Under the pieces are notes generated by a model. The model was not told the origin of the DNA. It did not search any database and saw only the letters and a list, made by a program, of their open reading frames with translations. Below are positions 14,419 through 22,623 of a stretch of 34,440 nucleotides of DNA, one piece after another. A program made the position numbers and the translations under genes. Source of the DNA: a virus; IMG/VR virus record IMGVR_UViG_3300029555_000016, positions 1 through 34,440 of that record; one strand, given 5' to 3'. Position 1 is the first letter of the stretch. Each line of letters opens with the position of its first letter.

Positions 14419-15627
14419 ATGGAACACGACGATATTAAATTAGAAATAGTCGATATAAACGACGGAGAAGCTCTGATCGAAGCGGCAAAGCCAAAAGGAA
14501 AACCGCTGACCGAGGAACAGAAACGCGCGCTTATCCGAGCGCAAAAGAAAAAAGAAGAAGAAAAAAGGAAATTGGGCGTTTTGCATTTCACTCAGGAGGA
14601 ATGGAAAAAAATGCCCAAGAATGTAAAAAGAGCCTTTAAAGTTCACGGAATATTCGGTCGCCCGCGCATGACCGAAGACGGATTATATCAGATTCGTACC
14701 CGCGCGCATGGGTTGAATATCCAAGTTACGCATAAAGATTTCACCGTTTGCAAAGAATTATACGTGCAAGCCTTGGAGAACGCTTTGGAGGGCGTAGAAA
14801 CGTCGAAAAGGAAAGCTCCCGTATGTTTTATCGAATATATGTGCCAATGGCTGGAAACCGTAAAGAAACCCTCTGTAAAACCCGTTACTTACGCGGATTA
14901 CAGACAAACCTTTATCGCATATATCAGTCCCGCGTTTTCCGAAAGAAAAATAAAAGATATTTCCCGTCAGGAATTGCAGGAATTTATTAACAGTTATTCG
15001 GAGTCTGGGAAAAATAGAACGGCAAAAAAGATTTACCAGCTTTTGAATGCTGCATTCGATTATGCCGTAGAGGATGAGCTTATTTCCAAAAGCCCTATGG
15101 AGCGCGTTGTTTTGCCCAAATACGAGCAGGAACACGGACAGGCGCTCACTCGTGCGGAAGAAAAAGAATTTATCGAGAGAGCTAAAAAGACGTCTTATTT
15201 CGGGGCTTTGATTTTCCTGCTTTATACGGGCTTGCGGCGTTCGGAACTCGCAAGCGTAATAATCGACGGAGAATGGATACGGCTTGTTTCCGCAAAGCAA
15301 CGCAAAGGCGCAACCTTAAAAGAACGCTCTATTCCTATTACACCCATGCTTGAAAAAGTCCTTCCCGCGCTAAATCTTTCCGAAGTTAAAACAGTAAATC
15401 CCTCCATGTTGACAAAGTGGGTAAATAAGATTATGCCAAATCACCACTGCCACGATTTAAGACATACGTTTATTACACGCTGCCAAGAATGCGGAGTGCC
15501 TACTCCGATAGTCAGCCTTTGGGCTGGACATAAAATTTCGGGGATAGATTCTTCCCTTACCGTACAGGTATATTCCCACTATTCCGAGGAAACTCAGCTC
15601 TTAGAAGCCCGAAAAGTAAGATATTGA
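14419..15627 (+). CDS. int: Tyrosine integrase
   Basis: ..LLYTGLRRSEL.., HHCHDLRHTFITR, WAGHK and VYSHY make up the R..HxxR..H..Y catalytic set. The gene lies next to attP. Confidence 0.9.
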   Translation: MEHDDIKLEIVDINDGEALIEAAKPKGKPLTEEQKRALIRAQKKKEEEKRKLGVLHFTQEEWKKMPKNVKRAFKVHGIFGRPRMTEDGLYQIRTRAHGLNIQVTHKDFTVCKELYVQALENALEGVETSKRKAPVCFIEYMCQWLETVKKPSVKPVTYADYRQTFIAYISPAFSERKIKDISRQELQEFINSYSESGKNRTAKKIYQLLNAAFDYAVEDELISKSPMERVVLPKYEQEHGQALTRAEEKEFIERAKKTSYFGALIFLLYTGLRRSELASVIIDGEWIRLVSAKQRKGATLKERSIPITPMLEKVLPALNLSEVKTVNPSMLTKWVNKIMPNHHCHDLRHTFITRCQECGVPTPIVSLWAGHKISGIDSSLTVQVYSHYSEETQLLEARKVRY

Positions 15628-15636
15628 GAGCGGTTT

Positions 15637-15688
15637 ACTACCCAATTTTACTACCCAAAAATACAAAAAATAGCCGTTTTTGGGTAGT
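15637..15688. repeat. attP arm: ACTACCCAA x2 direct (15637-15645, 15650-15658) plus one inverted copy (15680-15688)
   Basis: Read directly from the sequence. These are candidate arm-type integrase or excisionase binding sites. Confidence 0.6.
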
Positions 15689-15708
15689 AAGCACTTAACC
15701 ACAAACAT

Positions 15709-15750
15709 AAAAAAAGACCGATTTCAAGGGAAAAACCCTCAAAATCGGTC
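15709..15750 (-). terminator. Intrinsic terminator directly downstream of the tRNA fragment
   Basis: Minus strand reads GACCGATTT-tgagggtttttcccttg-AAATCGGTC followed by TTTTTTT. Confidence 0.6.
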
Positions 15751-15755
15751 AAAAT

Positions 15756-15811
15756 TGGCTGGGGTAGCAGGATTTGAACCTACGAATGACGGAGTCAGAG
15801 TCCGTTGCCTT
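15756..15811 (-). tRNA. Partial tRNA: 3' 56 nt of tRNA-Gln(CUG), i.e. D-arm 3' side, anticodon arm, T arm and acceptor plus CCA. This is the attP core, not a complete gene.
   Basis: Minus strand reads AAGGCAACGGACTCTGACTCCGTCATTCGTAGGTTCAAATCCTGCTACCCCAGCCA. The anticodon stem is ACGGA/TCCGT with loop CTCTGAC. The upstream sequence does not supply the 5' half. Confidence 0.8.
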
Positions 15812-15890
15812 ATAATATTTATTCACTATTTTTAGCGTATATATTGCATATAATATATATTTATATATAATTTTAAATAAAAATACTTTA

Positions 15891-15909
15891 ACTACCCAAA
15901 ACTACCCAA
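15891..15909. repeat. attP arm: ACTACCCAA x2 direct (15891-15899, 15901-15909)
   Basis: Same 9-mer as in the other arm, separated from the core by a very A+T-rich stretch (15812-15890). Confidence 0.6.
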
Positions 15910-15948
15910 TTTCTTTTTTCTTCTGTGCGGTTCTATGGAGCCGCATTT

Positions 15949-16929
15949 TTAATTCTTGTAAAATTCCATTGTCGTTACGTCGTCGGGCTTGGCGTTGGGT
16001 ATAGGAACCACCCGTACGCCAAGCGCGGAGAGCGGATTCTCCCTGCACCATTTCGCGCAAGCCTCCGCCTCCGAAGCGCGAAGCTCGTTTCTCTGGATTT
16101 CCTTCCGCGACATGTTCCAGCCGAACGAGGTCTTGAACGCGATATAAATCAACATCGTGATGATCTTGATCACCGCCGCTATAATCACTTCCTTCGACAG
16201 ATTCAGTACCACGTCCGACACTAGGGAACACACGAACACCGACGACACCAGCGTCGTCAATATCGATTTCGCCGTATCGAGTCTGTCCTCCCGCTCCGTG
16301 TTATACATGGACGACGGCGACTTCCCGCTGTCTATCTCGCTCTTGAACGAAAGAATGAAATTCGGGTCGTACGCTTTCACGCGCACTTTATCGCACCTGC
16401 GGATTGCCAGATACTGTTTGCGGTTGATTTCCCCGTTCGTTACCAGTCCTTTCAACTCCTTCCTTTCCAGTCCTATAAACCGCTTTTCATAGTCCGTGAC
16501 CGTCAAGCCCACGACGCTCAAATACTGCGCCCTTTCCCGTTTTATCACTTTATCCGTATACTCTGCGCAATATCCCGGCACCTGTCCCGCGTACTCCGAC
16601 CCGCTCAATTTCTCTATCGCTGCGTTGGCTTTCTTGTCCGCCTCCGCATACTCCTGCGTACTCCGTCCCTTGTTCCGGGCAATCTTCTTCGTCAGCATCC
16701 CCACCGATACCGTACCCGCCGCAAACCATACCGTATTGAACGTGATTTCCTTGACAGAGAAACTTCCCGACATATCGAACACCACCAAATACGACGCTAT
16801 CAAGGCAGTAAAAATAATAATGTCTATGATAGTTAACAGTCCGTCCACAAACGCGTTGGTATTCTTTTTCGGTTTATTGATCACGGTAACATTCGGTACG
16901 TTTTTATCTTCCACCGGCAGTTTATCCAT
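15949..16929 (-). CDS. Membrane protein (2 N-terminal plus 2 C-terminal TM helices and a central soluble domain), unknown function
   Basis: 326 aa. This is the last gene of the late operon, and its start codon overlaps the upstream stop. Confidence 0.65.
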   Translation of the reverse strand: MDKLPVEDKNVPNVTVINKPKKNTNAFVDGLLTIIDIIIFTALIASYLVVFDMSGSFSVKEITFNTVWFAAGTVSVGMLTKKIARNKGRSTQEYAEADKKANAAIEKLSGSEYAGQVPGYCAEYTDKVIKRERAQYLSVVGLTVTDYEKRFIGLERKELKGLVTNGEINRKQYLAIRRCDKVRVKAYDPNFILSFKSEIDSGKSPSSMYNTEREDRLDTAKSILTTLVSSVFVCSLVSDVVLNLSKEVIIAAVIKIITMLIYIAFKTSFGWNMSRKEIQRNELRASEAEACAKWCRENPLSALGVRVVPIPNAKPDDVTTMEFYKN

Positions 16930-17381
16930 TACTTCTCACCTCGCAAAGTTTCGTTTATGCCCATGACTTCCACCTGCCCGCAATGCCGCCAAAGCTCCTC
17001 AAACTCCTTGGACAACTTAAAACAGATTGCTCCGAGCGTATTCCCGATTGCCGCGACCGCAAAGACGAACGTCAAGCCCTCTATCGTGGATTTCTCCATA
17101 GAATTGACAAGCGCCATCAGCGCGAACAGCACCCAGCAAATCACCGCCGCGTTCGGACTCTTTATAACTTTCAGCAACGCCTTATAAAGCGGCAGCGCCG
17201 CGCACACCATGCATACCACGAACACACCCGACAGCGTACTGTCCGCGTCCTTTACCGCTATTACGGGCAATTTCCATATCCCCGCTATCAAGGTAGGCAC
17301 GACACACAGCGCCATGCCCACCCAATACGCGATCAGTCTTGCGTTGTAGTACCACTCCTTAGAGTGCTTTATCTTCTTCAT
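16929..17381 (-). CDS. Four-TM small membrane protein with a charged C-terminal tail (holin-like)
   Basis: 150 aa. I read four hydrophobic segments, and the tail is KLSKEFEELWRHCGQVEVMGINETLRGEK. Confidence 0.6.
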   Translation of the reverse strand: MKKIKHSKEWYYNARLIAYWVGMALCVVPTLIAGIWKLPVIAVKDADSTLSGVFVVCMVCAALPLYKALLKVIKSPNAAVICWVLFALMALVNSMEKSTIEGLTFVFAVAAIGNTLGAICFKLSKEFEELWRHCGQVEVMGINETLRGEK

Positions 17382-18057
17382 CGGCTTTCTCCTTCACGCT
17401 CTCGCCGTCGATCTCCCGCGCCGCACGGTTAAATTCACGCTTCACCGCTTCTTTGCTCTCCGCGCCGATATTAAACCGATCGGTCAACACCGTGAATCCC
17501 GTCAGTAAATGCGACACCGCCTTTGTCAGCGCTTCCACTTCCTGTTTTGTAGACTGTCCCGTTTCCCCGTTCGCGTTCGATTCGTCGATCAGTCCGTTCG
17601 TGCCTTTAAGCTGTAAATCCAACTTCTTCGATACCTCTTTCAACTGCTTTTTGAGTTTCCCGTTTTTGACATTTGTGTAAATCAGATCGACGAGGAACAC
17701 GACGAACAGTGCGACGGAGGCGATGGTGGAAATCGTCACCTGCTTTTCGGAAGCGGCGGCTTTAATCGCTTCGACCGCCTTTGCGTATTCGTCCCCGATT
17801 CCCGCCTCATCCGCGTACTTTTGCACCCATTCCAAAAACGCGTCTAAATCGAAGCCTATGTCCTCCTCGGGTGTTTCCCCGCCTGCGGAATTATCGTCGC
17901 TTGCAGGCGCTTCTGCGCTCTCCTGCGGGCTTTCAATAGACGTTTCCTCCGCTCTCGCCGCATAGGTATTCCCGCCGAAGATAAACCCTGCGCAGACCGC
18001 CAAAAACGCCACCAGTACCGCTATAAGCAATACGCTCCATACTCTTTTTCTTTTCAT
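17359..18057 (-). CDS. Bitopic/secreted membrane protein with an acidic region and coiled coil
   Basis: 232 aa. The N-terminal anchor is MKRKRVWSVLLIAVLVAFLAVCAGFIF, the second TM is ISTIASVALFVVFLVDLIY, and the ribosome-binding site is AGGAGGAG. Confidence 0.65.
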   Translation of the reverse strand: MKRKRVWSVLLIAVLVAFLAVCAGFIFGGNTYAARAEETSIESPQESAEAPASDDNSAGGETPEEDIGFDLDAFLEWVQKYADEAGIGDEYAKAVEAIKAAASEKQVTISTIASVALFVVFLVDLIYTNVKNGKLKKQLKEVSKKLDLQLKGTNGLIDESNANGETGQSTKQEVEALTKAVSHLLTGFTVLTDRFNIGAESKEAVKREFNRAAREIDGESVKEKADEEDKAL

Positions 18058-18072
18058 CTTTTTTGCTCCTCC

Positions 18073-18435
18073 TTACTTATTCATCGTCCCCAGCACACCG
18101 CGCTCCGCCCTGTCATCTGCACGCTTCGACATCCACATAAGAGCTTCCTCAATGTGCGTAAGAGCGCAGGCATTCTCGCGGGTTTTATATTCGCCCTGCT
18201 GAAAACACTGTAAACGATGACGGACGATCTCTAAAAGGTCGCTGTCTAAAATACCCGCCACGGCGTTTTCTTCTTTTCTCGCACCCTTTTGGAATTGAAT
18301 ATCCGCAAGTTTTTCGCCTGTGTCCGCGCGACGTATCACATAATTGTGTCTGCCGTTACCGGGTCCCGCCACATCTTCGACGAGTATATCGTTAAGGTTA
18401 CCGTTACGTTGAATTCTGAAATTGATTTTATCCAT
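18073..18435 (-). CDS. Small conserved-looking phage protein, unknown function
   Basis: 120 aa; ..IQFQKGARKEENAVAGILDSDLLEIVRHRLQCFQQGEYKTRENACALTHIEEALMWMSKRADDRAERGVLGT. I cannot assign a family name. Confidence 0.6.
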   Translation of the reverse strand: MDKINFRIQRNGNLNDILVEDVAGPGNGRHNYVIRRADTGEKLADIQFQKGARKEENAVAGILDSDLLEIVRHRLQCFQQGEYKTRENACALTHIEEALMWMSKRADDRAERGVLGTMNK

Positions 18436-18453
18436 TTTGATTTTCTCCTTTTA

Positions 18454-18942
18454 TTAAAATGTTACTTCCGCGCCGTTATCCGCGTAGTCTTTCATCTTTG
18501 CCAGGACTTCCTCTTTGGCTTTGATTTCCTCTGCCAAAGCGGTTTTGAGTTCCTTTATTTCCTCGCTCTGCGCCCGCGTGGTTTTTACCAAGCCCGCGAC
18601 GGTGTTTTCTATGTCCGTCAGCATACCGTGGGCAAAAAATTTGCCGTCGATGTCTTTTAACACCAACGGCTCTATATCGTACTCGGACACCTTGATTCCG
18701 CGCACACAATGAATCACCTTTCCGTCCAGTTGTCCCGCTTTTAATTCTTCGAGCGGTATCGTCGTTTTACAAGCCCGTAGCGTGATTTTCTTCTCCGACT
18801 GGAAGTTTATCCGATACAGCAAAACAAACTCCCCAGACAAGCCCTTAATCCCCTCAAAATCAAGTTCTAAGGACTTTTCCGCAATACAAAAGGCAGGCTC
18901 TGCAAACCTGCCTATCCCTCGGTATTTCAAATATACTTTCAT
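18454..18942 (-). CDS. Hypothetical protein (beta-rich N-terminus, C-terminal coiled coil)
   Basis: 162-aa ORF. Confidence 0.55.
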   Translation of the reverse strand: MKVYLKYRGIGRFAEPAFCIAEKSLELDFEGIKGLSGEFVLLYRINFQSEKKITLRACKTTIPLEELKAGQLDGKVIHCVRGIKVSEYDIEPLVLKDIDGKFFAHGMLTDIENTVAGLVKTTRAQSEEIKELKTALAEEIKAKEEVLAKMKDYADNGAEVTF

Positions 18943-19379
18943 TCCCTGCCCTCCGTAGATTCTTCTGCGGCTAAGAGGTGCGCAATCTTATAATTCGCTT
19001 CCAAATCGAATTTCTGTTGCCATTCCTCAATCAGGTTGCGTATGTAGTCGGGGACTTCCTCTTCTTTTTTTGCCGCATCCAGTAAAACTATAATCTCATT
19101 GAAGATTTCCTGCACGAGTTGATAGGCTTCCACTTTGGGATATTTGCGAATCGGCAACGCTTCGACGTCTTCTAAGGCTCCCGCAATAGATACTTCCGGG
19201 ATTCCTATGGAGATACCGTTTTCAATCAAACTGTCCGCGCAGTCTAATGTCAATTTATAGTATTTCTCCATGTTCTCATGATCGGAAGGAAAATTCTTGG
19301 AGATGATATTGTGGTGCAGCACTATGATGTTTTCATAGGCTACTTTTAATAATTTTTCTGCATTTTGATAATTTGTCAT
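18939..19379 (-). CDS. Four-helix-bundle protein, possibly Dps/ferritin-like
   Basis: 146 aa. VLHHNIISKNFPSDHENMEKYYKLTLDCADSLIENGISIG lines up by eye with the Dps pattern HWNV.G..F..LHE.FEE.Y....D.IAERI..LG. Confidence 0.4.
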   Translation of the reverse strand: MTNYQNAEKLLKVAYENIIVLHHNIISKNFPSDHENMEKYYKLTLDCADSLIENGISIGIPEVSIAGALEDVEALPIRKYPKVEAYQLVQEIFNEIIVLLDAAKKEEEVPDYIRNLIEEWQQKFDLEANYKIAHLLAAEESTEGRE

Positions 19380-19388
19380 CGTTTCTCC

Positions 19389-19628
19389 TTATTTTATCCA
19401 TTCAGGCTTTTTCGGGATAATCCCCGTTTCGGGCGCGTCTAACCATGCCTTTCGCCATGCCTGCACTTCTGCCTTTTGTTCGTCCGTCAGAGCGTCGTAC
19501 CACGCCGCTCTGTCCGCTATGTCGAAACATTCTAAGCGCCGCAGCTGCCGAATCGCCTTGGCTGTGTAGTCGTCGGATAAAGTATTTAAGTCTGCCGTAT
19601 TTATCTTTCTAATCGATTTAATTTCCAT
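19389..19628 (-). CDS. Tail-fibre assembly/chaperone-like small protein
   Basis: Start moved to ATG 19628 (AGGAGGG ribosome-binding site). MEIKSIRKIN...AEVQAWRKAWLDAPETGIIPKKPEWIK. It lies directly downstream of the fibre gene. Confidence 0.5.
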   Translation of the reverse strand: MEIKSIRKINTADLNTLSDDYTAKAIRQLRRLECFDIADRAAWYDALTDEQKAEVQAWRKAWLDAPETGIIPKKPEWIK

Positions 19629-22611
19629 TTGCCGTCCCTCCTGTAATTGTGAAATAGTCCTGCGTAACGGTGTTCTCCGCGCCGTATTCGCTGTTATCGA
19701 CCTCGCCCTGAACAATGGTTTCACTTCCGCCTTTCCAGGCAATATAACGGTCAGAAGAAGCGTTCAAGTCGGTTTCGGATTGTACCTCGGCTGTTTTGTA
19801 ACGTACCATTACAGGATCACCAGCGGCGTATTGTGCGGCGAGATAGGCTTTCCATTCGTCAATTGTCGAATATTGATTTTGTTTTATAAAAAAAGTTTGT
19901 CCTTCTGAGCTAAAAGATTGGCAAGGTCCTGATGTGGATAAAGCATATCCATATGCTTTATAGGGATATTTGTTGCAAATAGATTCAATACTTCCGCTTA
20001 TTCCAAGGGGAATTATGTTTTGTCGAAATACTGTATATCCCGCCTCTTCATTCCCAGTGGAAGGAACATAAATACTCCAACCTTCTGTCCCATCAAACAC
20101 TTTCGTTATCCCCTGCGAAATGTTCTTTCCCGTCTGAAAGTCCAGCGTGTTATATGCGGGATTTTCGACAGGTGCGGGAAGGGAAAGGACAGACTGCTTG
20201 TAAGGCTCGAAGGATTGTGCCGTAGTGCCGAATTGAAGCATGGGCTTAAATATAAGATTATTTACTGTTTGGTTAGGGTTAACTATAATATTTACATTTT
20301 TGTTTACAATATCATCTTGTAATGTGAAGGTTACACCATTGCCAGTTCTGTCATTTGGATCGGATGGAATATCAATATAAAATTGGCAGACACCTGCATT
20401 TTCAACATTAGCAAAGCTTCTTAAAGCATAAGTTCCTGCCTTTAAAGATATTTTCGCAAGGTTGAATATACTTGGATTCACCGTTGTCGTTCCGTTCGCT
20501 GTAATCGAGCCGTCCGAATTTACGGTAAACGTAATGCCATTTTCTGTTTTTGTGCTTTTCTCGTATGGATACGGGATTAAATTCCTTCCCGTACTAACAA
20601 TCTCCTTGAAATACGCGTTTTTCAAGCCTTTGAAATAGGGCTGATATGGAAGAGCGGTTGTGCCTGCGTTAAGCATGGGACGGAAAACGACATTACTCAG
20701 CGTCGCACCTGCATAAACGAGAACGGATAAACTTAAATTAGTACTCGCTGGGTTTATCAATTTTCCCGCACCTGCGTCCGCATATCCATATACTCCGTCA
20801 GCCGCATAAACAATATAAGTAGTGGTGCTTCCTGTGGACGGACAACCGCTTAAAAAGTAATTACTACCAATTTCAACAGTAATTGTTTTTAAGTTAAAAG
20901 TCGCCTTATCAGTTGCCGTTCCGTTTACCGTAATCGTCCCATCTCCATTATCTGTAAACGTTACACCGTTTACTGTCTTTGTCGTGTTCGCATACGGATA
21001 CGGTATTAAGTTATCACATTTGACCGTACTCCCTTCAATCGTCTTTACAATTGTTGATACTCCGTCTGCGATATTCAGATTCCCGCCTGCGGTTTCCCTT
21101 GCGGTATACGTATCCTCTACCGTCGTGACGGTGAACAACCCGCCTTGCTCTCCTAATGCGTACAAATCCTCCACCTGCTGCGCAAGATTCGAAAACTCTT
21201 TCTCCGTCACGTAGTCGGTGGGAATATCGCTCGTCAAAGCAAGCGTGCCGCTACCCGCCGGAAATATGTTTGCATGGTCATTTCCATTAGAATCCCGCCA
21301 GATTACGCCGCCGGTATAGTAGGACGCATAAACATTCCCCGTCCCCACTCGTACCGCTTGCGCGAATGTTTTTGCGCCCGTGATCTGTTGCGCGGTATTC
21401 ACGGTGACAACATTATTCGCCGCAATACCGCTGTCTACGAATCGGTACTCGGCAGCGTTCCACATAGATAAATGCCCGTTTGTCCACACAGTGCTGTCCG
21501 CACGCGTCGCCACCGCCGTCCCTTCGCCAGGATTGAATGTAAATTCATTGTTTGCGTCCAGCGTACCCTCGCCCAGCTTCACGGTATCGTCCCCGGGGTC
21601 GTACATAATCCCGTAAACCAACGTGGCGTTCGTTCGGATTCCTATGCCGCTTAACTGCGTCAACGGCGCGCCTTCCGAGTTCGTCACGATTACGTTCGCT
21701 TTCGACATGATCGTTTCCGCGTCTTCCGTGATCGTAGTCCCCTGTACTGTCAAATTTCCTATGATGATCGTATCGTCCAGCACCCGCAACTCTCCACCGA
21801 CAAGCAAATCCCCGTGAATCTCACCGCCTGTTTTATCTAATTTCTCTTGTAAGCCTTTGTCCACATAACCTTTATTTGCGGCATAATAAGATTGAGTCGG
21901 CGACGCGGGAATTCTTATTTCGCTGTCCGCCGTATATTGTGGTATAGAATTCCCCAAGCCCGTCGTTCCGTAGGGTATAATCGCCTGATTTCCGTTTTTA
22001 TCCGTACCGTACAGGGAGTACGTCAGAGTCGTTTTTTCCACCCTATTCCCCAAGTCGGTATGTACCTGTTCCAGATCCGTTTGAATCCCTGATACTTCGC
22101 CTTGCAGTCCTCTCACGCTTGTTTGTAACTGTTCCAGATCGATATTCAAGTCATCATAAAATCCTTGTAGTTGCGATAAAGTCGAAAGAATCTGCGTCAA
22201 GAGCGTGTTATAATCATCCGTCGGATCGGGTAAAGTGATAGGCACGCCTTTTTCCACCTCGAACGACGACATAGCCGAGGCGATCTGTCCGCCCGTGCCG
22301 CCCGTATCTCCGTACACAAAAAATTGTACGTTTACCGCGCCATAGTTTTCCGTCACCGTCGCGGGGATTTTATATTCCCATGTATTAAACTGTGTTCCGT
22401 CCGGCATCTGTATTCCCGGTAACTGCGCCGATAACGTCATTTTCTGCGGGACGGTCCAGACCCCGTTCGGCAATTTAAATGCCGTCGTGACCGATAAATT
22501 TGAAGCAAACGCGCCTACAAACCGTATCGTATTGGCGTTGGCGGAGCCTTGAAAAATCCGTTCAGGGTCTACGTGTAACACCACGCCTCCGCTGTCTACA
22601 TAAAAATTCAT
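19618..22611 (-). CDS. Tail fibre / receptor-binding protein
   Basis: 997 aa. It has an N-terminal baseplate-attachment-like domain, a heptad-like stretch LQGFYDDLNIDLEQLQTSVRGLQGEVSGIQTDLEQVHTDL, and two tandem C-terminal modules that each begin NLIPYPY. Confidence 0.75.
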   Translation of the reverse strand: MNFYVDSGGVVLHVDPERIFQGSANANTIRFVGAFASNLSVTTAFKLPNGVWTVPQKMTLSAQLPGIQMPDGTQFNTWEYKIPATVTENYGAVNVQFFVYGDTGGTGGQIASAMSSFEVEKGVPITLPDPTDDYNTLLTQILSTLSQLQGFYDDLNIDLEQLQTSVRGLQGEVSGIQTDLEQVHTDLGNRVEKTTLTYSLYGTDKNGNQAIIPYGTTGLGNSIPQYTADSEIRIPASPTQSYYAANKGYVDKGLQEKLDKTGGEIHGDLLVGGELRVLDDTIIIGNLTVQGTTITEDAETIMSKANVIVTNSEGAPLTQLSGIGIRTNATLVYGIMYDPGDDTVKLGEGTLDANNEFTFNPGEGTAVATRADSTVWTNGHLSMWNAAEYRFVDSGIAANNVVTVNTAQQITGAKTFAQAVRVGTGNVYASYYTGGVIWRDSNGNDHANIFPAGSGTLALTSDIPTDYVTEKEFSNLAQQVEDLYALGEQGGLFTVTTVEDTYTARETAGGNLNIADGVSTIVKTIEGSTVKCDNLIPYPYANTTKTVNGVTFTDNGDGTITVNGTATDKATFNLKTITVEIGSNYFLSGCPSTGSTTTYIVYAADGVYGYADAGAGKLINPASTNLSLSVLVYAGATLSNVVFRPMLNAGTTALPYQPYFKGLKNAYFKEIVSTGRNLIPYPYEKSTKTENGITFTVNSDGSITANGTTTVNPSIFNLAKISLKAGTYALRSFANVENAGVCQFYIDIPSDPNDRTGNGVTFTLQDDIVNKNVNIIVNPNQTVNNLIFKPMLQFGTTAQSFEPYKQSVLSLPAPVENPAYNTLDFQTGKNISQGITKVFDGTEGWSIYVPSTGNEEAGYTVFRQNIIPLGISGSIESICNKYPYKAYGYALSTSGPCQSFSSEGQTFFIKQNQYSTIDEWKAYLAAQYAAGDPVMVRYKTAEVQSETDLNASSDRYIAWKGGSETIVQGEVDNSEYGAENTVTQDYFTITGGTANGN

Positions 22612-22623
22612 ACTTTTATCTCC

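Noticed and set aside
15756-15811. A complete tRNA gene
   Set aside because: Only the 3' 56 nt are present. The sequence 5' of it (15812 onward on the minus strand) cannot form the acceptor 5' strand or D arm. It is interpreted as the attP core instead.
15917-15945. Hairpin GCGGTTC-tatg-GAGCCGC after the last late gene as its terminator
   Set aside because: The stem contains a mismatch. On the minus strand, which is the strand of the late operon, it is followed by an A/G-rich stretch rather than a U tract. It is left unannotated.
19618-22611. A diversity-generating retroelement acting on the tail fibre
   Set aside because: There is no reverse-transcriptase ORF anywhere in the genome. The two NLIPYPY modules are divergent protein duplicates, not a template/variable nucleotide repeat pair with adenine-specific differences.
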